NCBI GenBank assembly: GCA_963837955.1
Contig: CAWIPH010000002.1
Location: forward strand, 1,354,966-1,418,965
Length of the DNA: 64,000 nt
Direction: 5' to 3'
From: an uncultured Verrucomicrobiae bacterium
Lineage (GTDB): Bacteria; Verrucomicrobiota; Verrucomicrobiia; Chthoniobacterales; JAFAMB01
Both the position numbers and the translations under genes were made by a program. The notes under the pieces were generated by a model. That model worked only from the letters and a program-made list of their open reading frames with translations, was not told the origin of the DNA and did no database searches. This document shows positions 36,546 through 46,373 of the stretch, in pieces. How positions within the stretch are numbered: the stretch's first letter is position 1; each line of letters begins with the position of its first letter.

Positions 36546-37376
36546 TTAATTCTTTACCGCTCCAGCGGTGAGTCCTGCTACTAACCGTCGCTGAACCAGG
36601 GTGAAAAACAGGATAGTGGGGACTATGGCCACAACGGTTCCGGCTGTAATCATTCCCCACTTCACTTGGAGGCTATTCATAAAGGACTGGAGCGCGATGG
36701 GTAGTGTTTGTGTGTTCTGGCTCTGCGACAGGATGGAGACGAAGAGATAATCTCCCCAGGAGACCACGAAGGCGAAAAAGCCGGCGACGACCAGTCCTGG
36801 TAGGGCGGTCGGATAAATGATGCGAAACAAGACGCCGAGCCTGCTACATCCGTCGATTAAGGCCGCCTGATCCAGCTCTTTCGGGATAGCATTGAAGTAG
36901 CCGGTCAGCATCCAGATCGCAAACGGCAGGGTTATGGAGGTATGGGTTAAGATGAGTCCAATATGCGTGTCGACTAAACCCAGATTGGACATCAGTACGT
37001 AGAATGGGATTAGGATTAACACGTAGGGGAAGAATTGGGGAAGGAGGGTCGACATCATCAACCAACTCTTACCGCGAAGCGCGAAGCGGCTGAGCGCATA
37101 AGCACCAAGGCTTCCCAGCAGAACGACCAGGAGCATAACCGAAGTCGCGATCACCACGGAGTTGATCAGAAAGATGAAGACATCGTTGATGGCGAACACC
37201 TCAAAATAGTTGGTCAACGTCAGCTCTGATAAAGCGGGAAAAAGTTTTCCGGTTTGAATCGAATCGTTGCTCCGAAAGCTGGAAATGATGAGCCATCCGA
37301 TGGGTAAAAGAAGAATGGTGTAGGTGATGAACAGGCCCACATAGGTAAGCAAAAGCTCGAGCGAACGGCGTTTCAT
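36546..37376 (-). CDS. Carbohydrate ABC transporter permease (MalG-like, CUT1)
   Basis: 6 TM segments. EAA loop 'DQAALIDGCSRLGVLFRIIYP'. Confidence 0.9.
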   Translation of the reverse strand: MKRRSLELLLTYVGLFITYTILLLPIGWLIISSFRSNDSIQTGKLFPALSELTLTNYFEVFAINDVFIFLINSVVIATSVMLLVVLLGSLGAYALSRFALRGKSWLMMSTLLPQFFPYVLILIPFYVLMSNLGLVDTHIGLILTHTSITLPFAIWMLTGYFNAIPKELDQAALIDGCSRLGVLFRIIYPTALPGLVVAGFFAFVVSWGDYLFVSILSQSQNTQTLPIALQSFMNSLQVKWGMITAGTVVAIVPTILFFTLVQRRLVAGLTAGAVKN

Positions 37377-38320
37377 TTCTCGGCAAAGCCTCCGATTAAC
37401 CGTCGCGACAAAACGACCAGGAGCACAAGCGTCACTAGCATGATCACACCACCCGCACTCGCATAGCCGAGGGCATAGCCATTCCAGGCTTGTTTATAGA
37501 TATAGGTCGCCAGCACCTCGGTGGCATCGACCGGTCCACCCCCGGTCGATAAATAAACAAAATCGAAATTGTTCAGAGTGAAGGTTACGTGGAGCACAAC
37601 CATCACCAGGATGATGTAACGCAGATTCGGAAGCGTGATGTGCCAAAACCGTTTCCAGGATGAGGCGCCATCGATTGTCGCTGCTTCGTAAAGATCTTGC
37701 GGGACTGCCTGCATCGCGGCCATGAAAGCGATCCCGTAAAATGGAACGTTCCGCCATAGGTGCATCACCAGGATGAGCAGGAATGCGAAGGCTGGATCCC
37801 CAAACCAGTTTCGGGTCAGGTTGCCAAATCCAAACGCGGTAAGCATAATGTTGATGAATCCGATGTTTGGCAGTGTGAGAAAACGGAACATCACAACCGC
37901 GGTGATGATCGGCAGCACCCAAGTGACCATGGCGACACTTCGAAACCAATGTATGCCGGGCACCTTTCGGATGAGGAGATGAGCCATGCCGAGCCCAAGA
38001 ACCACCTGCAGAATTACGGCGGAGAATGTGAGAAGCAGCGAGTGGAAGAATGAAATACGGAATGCCGAATCCGCCAGCAATCGTTGATAGTTCTCCCATC
38101 CAATCGCTCGCCACGTATTTGGGTTAAGTAAAGACTGGTCAGTGAAAGAGGTGAAAATGCCACTGATCGTTGGGTAGAGATTCAGCCCAAGGATTAAGCA
38201 AACCGCCGGTGCCAGCAGAGCGTAGCCAAAAGCGGCGTGACGAATATCAGCTAATCGTGAGTTTACACCCCGACCTGCCGTTACTTTTGAAGGCTGATCG
38301 GATTGAACCGTCTCAAACAT
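37373..38320 (-). CDS. Carbohydrate ABC transporter permease (MalF/UgpA-like, CUT1)
   Basis: EAA loop 'YEAATIDGASSWKRFWHITLP'. There is a 4-nt overlap with the downstream permease. Confidence 0.9.
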   Translation of the reverse strand: MFETVQSDQPSKVTAGRGVNSRLADIRHAAFGYALLAPAVCLILGLNLYPTISGIFTSFTDQSLLNPNTWRAIGWENYQRLLADSAFRISFFHSLLLTFSAVILQVVLGLGMAHLLIRKVPGIHWFRSVAMVTWVLPIITAVVMFRFLTLPNIGFINIMLTAFGFGNLTRNWFGDPAFAFLLILVMHLWRNVPFYGIAFMAAMQAVPQDLYEAATIDGASSWKRFWHITLPNLRYIILVMVVLHVTFTLNNFDFVYLSTGGGPVDATEVLATYIYKQAWNGYALGYASAGGVIMLVTLVLLVVLSRRLIGGFAEK

Positions 38321-38481
38321 AAAAACGAGGGTAGCGTCAGGCCGCGCATAAACATGCGCCCTTCAACGGTAGGGCCAAAGTTTGATCGGCGCACCCAGCT
38401 CAGCTTGTTCGCCGACCCTGCCGGGTTCGAGCCCTACCATGACGGGCGGGATTTTCCCGAAGTGTTACCCTCTCTCTTCAC

Positions 38482-39786
38482 TTACAATTGATTGTTCTGC
38501 GCGCGCTGCTGCAAAGTATTAAACAGTTCCTGGCCGGTCTTCTCTGCGGGATTGTTTTGGTAAATGACCTTCTGGAGCGCTTCCGTGATATCGTTTACGA
38601 CCAGGCCCCAGTTGATCGGTGCCAGAGCGACACCGGTAGAGATTTGCTGGGTGAAAGCCTGCTGCCACCAGTCACTTTTGAAATCGGGAAGGTCAGCAAC
38701 ATCCTGGCGGGGTGGGTTGATGCCTTCGAGCTTCGCGTCCATGGCAACGAAATCCTTACTACAGAGAAGTTTGATTAGCTCCCAGCTCTCTGCTTTCTCC
38801 TTGGTAGCCGCGTTGATCATGATTGGCTTGACCTCAAGGTAGGTCGCCTGGGTGCCGCCCGGTGGAAGCGGTAGCGCTACGACTCCGGTATTTTCTTCCA
38901 GAATCTTGCGCGCTGTATCGCCGGTCTTCCGATAGCTGTAGATCCATGGGCCCATTGGGACCATTGCACTCTTACCGGCAACATAATCGGCGTCGGTAGC
39001 TTGGTAGTCATTACCACGGGTATTCTGATTGGCCGCGGCTGGAGTCCCTTTGAAGAAGCAATCGTGGTACAACGCTAAGACCTGCCCGAGCTTTTCCGGC
39101 GTAGTGTTCATGGTCCATTTCTTCGCGGATTCATCGTATTTAAACGGATTTTCGCCTCCATTTACCTGAAAAAAGAACGAGATGAATTCCTGGAACGTGC
39201 GAACGCTGCCCGATTTCGTGGTCAATCCTAGCCCGGCGACGCCTTGTTCCTTGCTCGATATCATCGCGGCGTCATCCAGCAATTCTTCCCAGGTCTTAGG
39301 CGGTTGCAGATTATACTTCTGGAGAATGTCCTTTCGGTATAACAACACCCGCACATTGGTATTGTATGGCACGCCATAAAGCTTCCCATTGATGGTGAGC
39401 GCTTTGATCGTGCTGGGGATAAACTTATCCTTTTCCGGCCATTGATTGTACAAGTCATCGATTGGAGCAATGAGGCCCGCTTTTTGGTAGGCAATCATTC
39501 CTTCCAGCACGCCTTCGATTACGTCCGGCTTGCCACGGCGACCCTGCACGATGAATTTTTGCTGGGCGTCCTGATAAATGGGAGGCCCGTAATTACCAGG
39601 CACGGTCACGCCTTGGGGTAATTCTTTGGGGAAATGTTCCTTTACCCACGCTAGGAGGCTGGGCGTTTGAGGGCCTTCCTGCGACATTGGAACGAACCAA
39701 AGATCAATTTCTTTACCGAAGCTAAAGACAGCCGAAGCCAAAAGGCTGGCTGCTACGAGAACACGATGGGGGGATCTGATACGCAT
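38482..39786 (-). CDS. ABC transporter extracellular sugar-binding protein (SBP family 1)
   Basis: The start is taken at 'MRIRSPHRVLVAASLLASAVF' (signal peptide). SBP_bac_1-like pattern; first gene of the permease operon. Confidence 0.8.
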   Translation of the reverse strand: MRIRSPHRVLVAASLLASAVFSFGKEIDLWFVPMSQEGPQTPSLLAWVKEHFPKELPQGVTVPGNYGPPIYQDAQQKFIVQGRRGKPDVIEGVLEGMIAYQKAGLIAPIDDLYNQWPEKDKFIPSTIKALTINGKLYGVPYNTNVRVLLYRKDILQKYNLQPPKTWEELLDDAAMISSKEQGVAGLGLTTKSGSVRTFQEFISFFFQVNGGENPFKYDESAKKWTMNTTPEKLGQVLALYHDCFFKGTPAAANQNTRGNDYQATDADYVAGKSAMVPMGPWIYSYRKTGDTARKILEENTGVVALPLPPGGTQATYLEVKPIMINAATKEKAESWELIKLLCSKDFVAMDAKLEGINPPRQDVADLPDFKSDWWQQAFTQQISTGVALAPINWGLVVNDITEALQKVIYQNNPAEKTGQELFNTLQQRAQNNQL

Positions 39787-40191
39787 AAGATGGAATCGTT
39801 GGATTGGAATTGGGGTACCAACGAAATCAATCTTGCTGGATCGAAATGGGTCGCAATAGTCACAACTACCCAATAATAGTCAATTTGTGACAAAGCCATC
39901 GGCTGCTTCGAGGCCAGACCCGAACTTTAGCGCCCATTTTCTTTGGGCTGCCGCTATAAGACCAAAGTCCAATAGCCGCAGCGCCCCAATTTTTGCAGAA
40001 TATCCGCTTAGATCTGCTCACGCCTGAGCCGCGCCGCCGCCTCTGGCCGTTTACCAAGCAGCTCAAATCCGAATCCAGTGCAAAGGCGGCTATTTTCGCC
40101 ACAGCCCCAACGATGGCGGATCCATTCGCGGTTAGAAACACCCTCACGAAAGAATCAGATTCCGACGAACTGTACTACGAAAGAAGAGACG

Positions 40192-41856
40192 ATGAGGACG
40201 AGAACGATTGAAGCGATATCGTTAGCAGCAATTCTGCTCTTTGGCGGTTGCGCGACCCAGCCCACGGTTGCGCCTGGTCCGCTTGGGGTGGCACAGACAA
40301 AATTGGCTGAGGCTCGCTCTCACACCGTTCCGACCGAGACCAGAATCACTCGTTATTTTCAGGCCGCGGAAATCGCTGAGAATGAAGCCACACGGCAATC
40401 TCGCAACACAGCGGCCAAGCAACAAGCCGAGCAAGTTTATAATGATGCGTCTGCCGAGGTCACTGTTCTACTGGAGGAGGCAGATGGCGGCAAATATTGG
40501 AACCACAACGAGCGCATCGGCAGTTCCGACTCTTCATACGAGGTTCGATTTCAACCTGGCGGAGGCAATGGTTTTTGGTCGCCTGGATTCTTCGACCTGC
40601 TTAAACGGACAAGAGCATCCGATCATCGGCACCTGCGCCTTTGGGTTCATGGGCCAGGATTCGGCGGTACGCTTGTCGGGGTTCGAAGCGGCCGGCCAGG
40701 CGATCCATTTGCGCCTTTGGTGGGCTACGCCTGCCCGATCACGACTACGCTAGACTTCTCGCCGTCGCAAAAAGGCATGGGGAGCGCGCATATCGTGTTG
40801 ATCGCCCTCCATGACCCGACCATCCGACAAGCAGTGGTGATCGACGGCAAGAAGCAACCCCTTGCCTACGATCTTTCGGCTCCTCTTGGACACTATCCTC
40901 GAACTAAGGCTTCGATTATCGCGCTTCGGGGACTCTTGCAGGCCGACAGGATTACTCAGCGCACCGGGCTTTACCTGGTCGAGCCCTATGATCCTAATCG
41001 CATCCCCATCGTGTTGGTCCACGGCTTGTTGTCGACACCTCACATGTGGTTCAACATCGTGAATGCGGTCCGAGCGGATCCTGAGTTGCGAGCACGATAT
41101 CAGTTCTGGGTGTTCTATTATCCGACCGCCAACCCGCCGGTGCTTTCCGCCTTAGCATTTCGGAAGGATTTAGCGATTGCCGAACGATTGTACCATCCGA
41201 AGCACGGCATCGTGCTCGTCGGTCATAGCATGGGCGGATTGGTTTCCCGGATGCAGGCCGTCGATACCGGAAGAGTTCTCTGGGACGAATGTTTTCGTCA
41301 GAGCGCTGATACGTTTTACGGGCGGATTCCCTCTGACAATCTGCTTAAGCAGACGCTGGTGTTTCACGCAGATCCTGAAGTGAAGCGAATCGTATTTATG
41401 TGTGTTCCCCATCGTGGCAGCGGTCTGGCCGTGGGCACAATCGGTGCAATAGCCGCCAGCTTGATTCGTGTTCCAAGAAACGTGGCCTCAACAATCAGAA
41501 CCACAATTGGCGACTCCTTGGAGCAGGCTACGGGCGTCAAGGGCCTACGTCTTCCTACCAGCATCTCGGGGCTCTCTCCTCGGTCGCCAGTCCTGATCGG
41601 ACTGGATAAACTTCCGATCAAAGCCCCGCATCATTCGATTATTGGTGACCGCGGCAGAGGAGACTCCCCGAACGGCTCTGACGGCGTCGTTCCGTACCGG
41701 AGTGCCCATCTCGACTCTGCTCAATCCGAAAAGATTATTCCTTACGGCCACGGCGGCTACCAGAGCCCCGAGGCTATCGAGGAACTATTGCGAATCCTGC
41801 GCCTCTATTTGGGCCTAAAGGCCGAGCGGCCACACCAAATTGCGGCGTCACAGTAG
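40192..41856 (+). CDS. Alpha/beta-hydrolase lipoprotein (lipase/esterase-like)
   Basis: The internal start 'MRTRTIEAISLAAILLFGGC' carries a lipobox. 'VLVHGLLSTPHMW' and the nucleophile elbow 'GHSMGG' are present. Confidence 0.75.
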   Translation: MRTRTIEAISLAAILLFGGCATQPTVAPGPLGVAQTKLAEARSHTVPTETRITRYFQAAEIAENEATRQSRNTAAKQQAEQVYNDASAEVTVLLEEADGGKYWNHNERIGSSDSSYEVRFQPGGGNGFWSPGFFDLLKRTRASDHRHLRLWVHGPGFGGTLVGVRSGRPGDPFAPLVGYACPITTTLDFSPSQKGMGSAHIVLIALHDPTIRQAVVIDGKKQPLAYDLSAPLGHYPRTKASIIALRGLLQADRITQRTGLYLVEPYDPNRIPIVLVHGLLSTPHMWFNIVNAVRADPELRARYQFWVFYYPTANPPVLSALAFRKDLAIAERLYHPKHGIVLVGHSMGGLVSRMQAVDTGRVLWDECFRQSADTFYGRIPSDNLLKQTLVFHADPEVKRIVFMCVPHRGSGLAVGTIGAIAASLIRVPRNVASTIRTTIGDSLEQATGVKGLRLPTSISGLSPRSPVLIGLDKLPIKAPHHSIIGDRGRGDSPNGSDGVVPYRSAHLDSAQSEKIIPYGHGGYQSPEAIEELLRILRLYLGLKAERPHQIAASQ

Positions 41857-41986
41857 CTTCAGAACTCCTGATGCCGTGAGGTTGTAAACCCGCGTGCACA
41901 AGACCTTCGTCCTCGTCGTCGTCCTTATAGTCGGCATCTACCCTTGGTGACAAACTCTTGGTCAGAGCGGCATGGGATCGGGATGA

Positions 41987-42004
41987 CGTAAGACCAAGGT
42001 CCAA
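41987..42004. promoter_or_regulatory. Conserved motif GTAAGACCAAGGTCCAAT, site 1 (169 nt upstream of the L,D-transpeptidase gene)
   Basis: A GACC-AA-GGTC palindromic core with conserved flanks. It recurs at 44774 and 45387. Confidence 0.35.
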
Positions 42005-42172
42005 TGTTCGGTCGCGGCAGAAGCTGGCACTCTTCTTTCGCCACGCTGCAGAATGATGAAAGATGCCGTCTTGAAAATTTTGAGTCGAACGGCTCTTATA
42101 AGCGCGCTGGTTTTGGCACCACAAGAATAGAGCCTCATCCGCAAAAATCCGGTTCAGACCACTTCAATACTC

Positions 42173-43138
42173 GTGAAACACTCCGTTCTCATTGCCATCG
42201 CGATTGCCTCGCTACTCGCTGGAGTGGCTGATGCAGCGCACACCAAAGGCCGTCTAGTGGAGCCGTCCACTGAGACACTCAAAGCTGGCGATTACGTCTG
42301 GCATCCCGAGGTATCACCGGCGGGCCCGCTGGTCGTTCTCGTCAGCATCCCAGACCAGCTTATGTACGTTTATCGAAACGGCGTGCGGATCGGGCGCTCG
42401 ACCGTGAGCACTGGTAAGGCGGGGAAACGCACGCCTACCGGTGTATTCACCGTGCTGCAAAAGAAGGTACGTCACGAGTCGAGCATCTACAAAGGCGCCA
42501 AGATGCCGCACATGCAGCGGCTCACCTGGAGCGGCATCGCGATGCACGCGGGCCAGTTGCCAGGTTATCCGGCATCGGCGGGATGTGTGCGGTTGCCGGT
42601 GGATTTCGCGGCGAAACTCTACTCGGTGACAGCGCTCGGTACGACAGTTATCATTGCCGACCACAAGTCCGCCCCGATCCACACCGTCCAGCCGGGTCTG
42701 CTCTTTTCGGGAAAGACGGGGACGCCACCAGGGAGTCGCTTCGCCTGGACCCCGGAGAAAGCGCCGAAGGGACCGGTTTCGATCATCCTGAGTGCTGCGG
42801 ATCGCAAGATCTATGTCTACCGCGACGGCGTAGAAATTGGCCGCGCGCCCGTGACAGGATTAGAAACTGCTAATCTATCCGGCACCTACGTTTATTCGGC
42901 CGACTTGACCGTTGATTCCGGTGGCCAGCGCGATTGGATCTCCACTGTCAGCGCCGGCAAAAAAGCACCGAACGTGAAAGACCTGGAAGACCGTATCTCC
43001 ATCGATTCATCGTTTCTTCAGGACGTCCGAGAACTGATCACTCCTGGAACCACACTAGTCCTCACCGATACACCGGTCAGCAGCCAAACTCAGAGTAGTC
43101 CCGGATTCAACATTCTCACAGCGGACGTCGCGCAATAA
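42173..43138 (+). CDS. L,D-transpeptidase (two YkuD-like regions)
   Basis: GTG start and signal peptide. Active-site motif 'HAGQLPGYPASAGCVRLP'. A second degenerate 'KIYVYRDGVEIGRAPV' module is present. Confidence 0.85.
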   Translation: MKHSVLIAIAIASLLAGVADAAHTKGRLVEPSTETLKAGDYVWHPEVSPAGPLVVLVSIPDQLMYVYRNGVRIGRSTVSTGKAGKRTPTGVFTVLQKKVRHESSIYKGAKMPHMQRLTWSGIAMHAGQLPGYPASAGCVRLPVDFAAKLYSVTALGTTVIIADHKSAPIHTVQPGLLFSGKTGTPPGSRFAWTPEKAPKGPVSIILSAADRKIYVYRDGVEIGRAPVTGLETANLSGTYVYSADLTVDSGGQRDWISTVSAGKKAPNVKDLEDRISIDSSFLQDVRELITPGTTLVLTDTPVSSQTQSSPGFNILTADVAQ

Positions 43139-43414
43139 GCCAACCCATAATCCCGAACGGTTGCGGCTCTGCCTACGGCGATTAGCTGCACACGGTTCTT
43201 TACAGTAACCATCGTCTAAGATAAGAGGGTACTAGCTCCCCCCGGTGTCACTTACGGCCTATCCCCCAGGGATGGCTACGCTGCCGCGCTTATGCCGCAG
43301 CCGTCCTGTTTGTGTTTGTGAGTTCTGATTGTCGGTGCCATCGGCCAGCGATAGGCTGCTGAAGATTGATAGGAGCTTCATTCGACGGAACGAAACGAAA
43401 GGAGCGCGAATTGG

Positions 43415-44185
43415 ATGGATACCGAAGGTCAGACGCAACAGATCGCCCATCTGGGCCGGCTGGCACTGATAGGCGAAATGGCCGCTTCCTTTGCCCATGA
43501 GCTCAACCAGCCGTTGACCGCCATTGTCAGCAATGCGGGAGCTGGCCAGCGATTCCTTGATAGCGGTGTCATAGACATTAAAGAATTCCATGAGCTCCTC
43601 CGGGACATTGCTTCCGACGCGGAACGTGCCGGTAAAATAATCCGAGGCATTCGGGAAATGGTCATGAAAAGCGAAGCTCGACGTGAACCGGTAAACATGA
43701 ATCAAGTGGTGGAGGAAGTCTTCCGATTGACTAAGACCGACGCAGTCAGTCGCTCGTGTACTGTTGTGACGGACCTCGACCCCGAACTAGCACTGGTCGA
43801 GGGGGAACCGGTGCAACTTCAGCAAGTTCTACTCAATCTGGTATTGAATGCTTTTGACGCGATGCAAGAGACACCTCTCCATCTCCGCCGAGTTGTGCTT
43901 TCAACGAAATCTCAACCTGACGGTGTTGTCTGTACCGCGGTTCGCGACTTCGGTACTGGGCTCTCTGAAAAGGTGCATCAGCGGATCTTTGAACATTTCT
44001 TTTCTACTAAGAAGGATGGCTTGGGCATGGGACTCGCCATTGCGCGGTCGATTGTCGAATCATTCGGCGGAGTTCTCAATGAAAGCAACGCGCCGGGCGG
44101 AGGGGCTTTCTTCTATTTCACGCTTCCTGCTACAACCAGCGAGGTGCATGAACGCTCAGCCTCCCAGCATAGTGTTTGTCATTGA
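43415..44185 (+). CDS. Histidine kinase core only (DHp + HATPase_c, no sensor domain)
   Basis: AAGGAG lies upstream. H-box 'FAHELNQPLTAI' starts at residue ~26. N/G boxes 'NLVLNAFDAM', 'DFGTGL', 'GMGLAI' are present. 256 aa in total. Confidence 0.8.
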   Translation: MDTEGQTQQIAHLGRLALIGEMAASFAHELNQPLTAIVSNAGAGQRFLDSGVIDIKEFHELLRDIASDAERAGKIIRGIREMVMKSEARREPVNMNQVVEEVFRLTKTDAVSRSCTVVTDLDPELALVEGEPVQLQQVLLNLVLNAFDAMQETPLHLRRVVLSTKSQPDGVVCTAVRDFGTGLSEKVHQRIFEHFFSTKKDGLGMGLAIARSIVESFGGVLNESNAPGGGAFFYFTLPATTSEVHERSASQHSVCH

Positions 44186-44777
44186 CGATGACGCCTCGGT
44201 CCGAAAAGCGCTGGGGCGCCTTCTTCGGGCCGCGGGTTATGCGTTTGAGAGTTTTTCTTCGGCCGGCGGCTTTCTGTCGCGTTCTCAGCACAGCGGCCTA
44301 TCTTGCATTGTCCTTGATCTGCAAATGCCCGGATTAAATGGCTTGGCATTGCAGGAGACTCTTGCTGCGGCCGGTCGCGACGAATCAATCATCTTTCTCA
44401 CAGGTCACGGCGACGTCCCAACTTGTGCTAACGCAATGAAGGCAGGTGCGATCGACTTTCTCTCCAAGCCTTTTCGTGACGGGGATCTGCTCGGTGCGAT
44501 CGCGCGATCACTGGAGCGATCTGAGCGTCTCTTCCGAGAACATGCCGAGAGAACAAAGATCCGAACTCTCATGGACCGATTAACGCCGCGGGAACGCGAG
44601 GTGATGGAGTTAGTGATCGCTGGAAAACTGAATAAACAGATCGCGGCTGAATTGGGCGCCAGTGAAAAAACGATTAAAGTGCATCGTGGTCGAGTGATGC
44701 AGAAAATGGAGACTGTTTCCGTTGCGGAATTGGTGAGACTTGTCGTTAGGATTCCAGGCAAAGAGCGGAGCGCATAA
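44148..44777 (+). CDS. FixJ/NarL(LuxR)-family response regulator
   Basis: 'IVFVIDDDASVRKAL...LDLQMPGLNG' is the receiver domain. 'LTPREREVMELVIAGKLNKQIAAELGASEKTIKVHR' is the LuxR HTH. It overlaps the kinase 3' end by 38 nt. Confidence 0.85.
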   Translation: MNAQPPSIVFVIDDDASVRKALGRLLRAAGYAFESFSSAGGFLSRSQHSGLSCIVLDLQMPGLNGLALQETLAAAGRDESIIFLTGHGDVPTCANAMKAGAIDFLSKPFRDGDLLGAIARSLERSERLFREHAERTKIRTLMDRLTPREREVMELVIAGKLNKQIAAELGASEKTIKVHRGRVMQKMETVSVAELVRLVVRIPGKERSA

Positions 44778-44791
44778 GACCAAGGTCTGAT
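44774..44791. promoter_or_regulatory. Conserved motif ATAAGACCAAGGTCTGAT, site 2 (135 nt upstream of the receiver gene)
   Basis: Same core as sites 1 and 3. It overlaps the stop codon of the FixJ-type regulator gene. Confidence 0.35.
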
Positions 44792-44925
44792 AGCGGGCAT
44801 CTAGCCACTCGGCTAGCATGTTACCTATTCGTTCCAGCCGTGTATTTAGCCTCATACAGGCGGATTGTATTGAGGATGAAAATGTGGCGGAGCCCCTTCG
44901 AAATTTATGAAGGAAAATTCTCCGA

Positions 44926-45303
44926 GTGTTTGAGCAACCAGATACCATCTGCGTCGTGGATGACGATGCTGCCGTCCTGAAGGCGCTACAGCGTCTGCTG
45001 CGCTCGGCCGGGCTGCAAACGATGGTGTTTGACGACCCGCGATTGTTTCTCGAGCACGCGAAAAATCACGTAATCGCTCTCGCGATCATCGACGTCTGGA
45101 TGCCGGAGCTTAATGGTTTGGAAGTGCAGAGGCTGCTCCATGATATCGCGCCCGCCATCCCAGTGATCATGATGACCGGACGGGACGATCCGGGTATCGA
45201 CGGCATCGCCCTGGCCCAAGGCGCTGTAGCGTTTTTTACCAAGCCTTTTGATGACACCGCATTTTTAGAAGCAATTCACACGGCCCTTCTCGCGCAAAAC
45301 TAA
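44926..45303 (+). CDS. Single-domain (CheY-like) response regulator receiver
   Basis: GTG start. 'ICVVDDDAAVLKAL...IIDVWMPELNG...FFTKPF'. There is no output domain. Confidence 0.8.
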   Translation: MFEQPDTICVVDDDAAVLKALQRLLRSAGLQTMVFDDPRLFLEHAKNHVIALAIIDVWMPELNGLEVQRLLHDIAPAIPVIMMTGRDDPGIDGIALAQGAVAFFTKPFDDTAFLEAIHTALLAQN

Positions 45304-45347
45304 CACGCGCTGGTCACCGATTTCCTGACCATGCCTTGTTATCCGTC

Positions 45348-45375
45348 ATTGGCTATTGGCTATCTGCTATTGGCT
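45348..45375. repeat. Heptamer tract (ATTGGCT)x4, one variant unit
   Basis: ATTGGCT ATTGGCT ATCTGCT ATTGGCT in the intergenic region upstream of 45478. Confidence 0.85.
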
Positions 45376-45386
45376 ATTTCACCACC

Positions 45387-45404
45387 GTACGACCAAGGTC
45401 CAAT
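45387..45404. promoter_or_regulatory. Conserved motif GTACGACCAAGGTCCAAT, site 3 (74 nt upstream of the DUF3016-like gene)
   Basis: Same core as sites 1 and 2. Confidence 0.35.
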
Positions 45405-45477
45405 AGTCCAAGCGAGGCAAATTCGTTAGTTTTCCTCTGGCAACAACCTATAGATATCCATTGCCGAAAACTGAAAT

Positions 45478-45984
45478 ATGAAAAGGTCCCTTACTCTGCT
45501 TTTTACAGCTGCGATTTTATTCGGGCTAGATGCAGCGTCTGTTCTCGGCGCACAACCGGGTGATGTGACAATTCAGTATCTTCACCCCGAAAAATTCACT
45601 GACTTCAGCATTTACGGTCGCGACTACCGATGGTCGGCCTCTTATTTCGCCAGCGAGATCAGCAGAGATCTTAAGCCAGCGCTGAATCGCAAATTTCCAG
45701 GCAGTAAACTTACACTCCGGTTTACTGATATCGATCTAGCCGGGAGCAACCGGACCTCGCGGGGAGGGCGAGACGTCAGAGTCGTCCGCGGTGCGATGAC
45801 ACCCGCACGAATGTCATTCGATTTCTTGCTGCAGGACAGTGCCGGCAAGATATTAGCGAAAGGTTCAACGAGGATTACGGATACCTCACATAGCTTGTCA
45901 ACCCGCCACCCAAGCAGCTCGGGGCCTCTTTACTACGAGAAGCGCATGTTACAGAAGTGGCTCCAATCGGTAAAAGCTCCTTAG
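45478..45984 (+). CDS. Secreted DUF3016-like protein
   Basis: Signal peptide. 'VTIQYLHPEKFTDFS...LTLRFTDIDLAG' resembles the DUF3016 family as I recall it. Confidence 0.5.
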   Translation: MKRSLTLLFTAAILFGLDAASVLGAQPGDVTIQYLHPEKFTDFSIYGRDYRWSASYFASEISRDLKPALNRKFPGSKLTLRFTDIDLAGSNRTSRGGRDVRVVRGAMTPARMSFDFLLQDSAGKILAKGSTRITDTSHSLSTRHPSSSGPLYYEKRMLQKWLQSVKAP

Positions 45985-46373
45985 TTGAGCCGGTGCGATC
46001 AGAGCGTTGGTGTCGGATGCGACACGAAACCGAGATCCCCCAAAGGGGGAAGAGGACTCAGCCCGGGGTTTTAACCCCGGGAAGCGTGTTTCAAACGGGT
46101 GCGCCCTGAAAGTGGCGCCAGGAAATAATTGGTCGCAAGTGGGAATAGCTCCACCGATATCTGTGGCATTGGATCTGAGCGGGCTCTCCATAGGGATTTC
46201 GGACTAAAACGACTATTCTCTGGACAAAGCACCAGGAGCGTTGAGGGGCGAACATTCCGATCCTCATCCTAGCGCTTATCGGCCCCCAAGGTGGTCACTA
46301 GGTCACTTCGACACCCTAGAAAGGAACGGCCTTTTGCAGAATCGGGTTTACATCTGGTCGGTCTGCTGACCAA

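Noticed and set aside
43259-43705. 148-aa minus-strand ORF overlapping the start of the histidine kinase gene; likewise 46269-46586 (-) overlapping the AraC gene start
   Set aside because: The partner plus-strand genes have strong motifs and ribosome-binding sites. The minus-strand products have no recognisable features.
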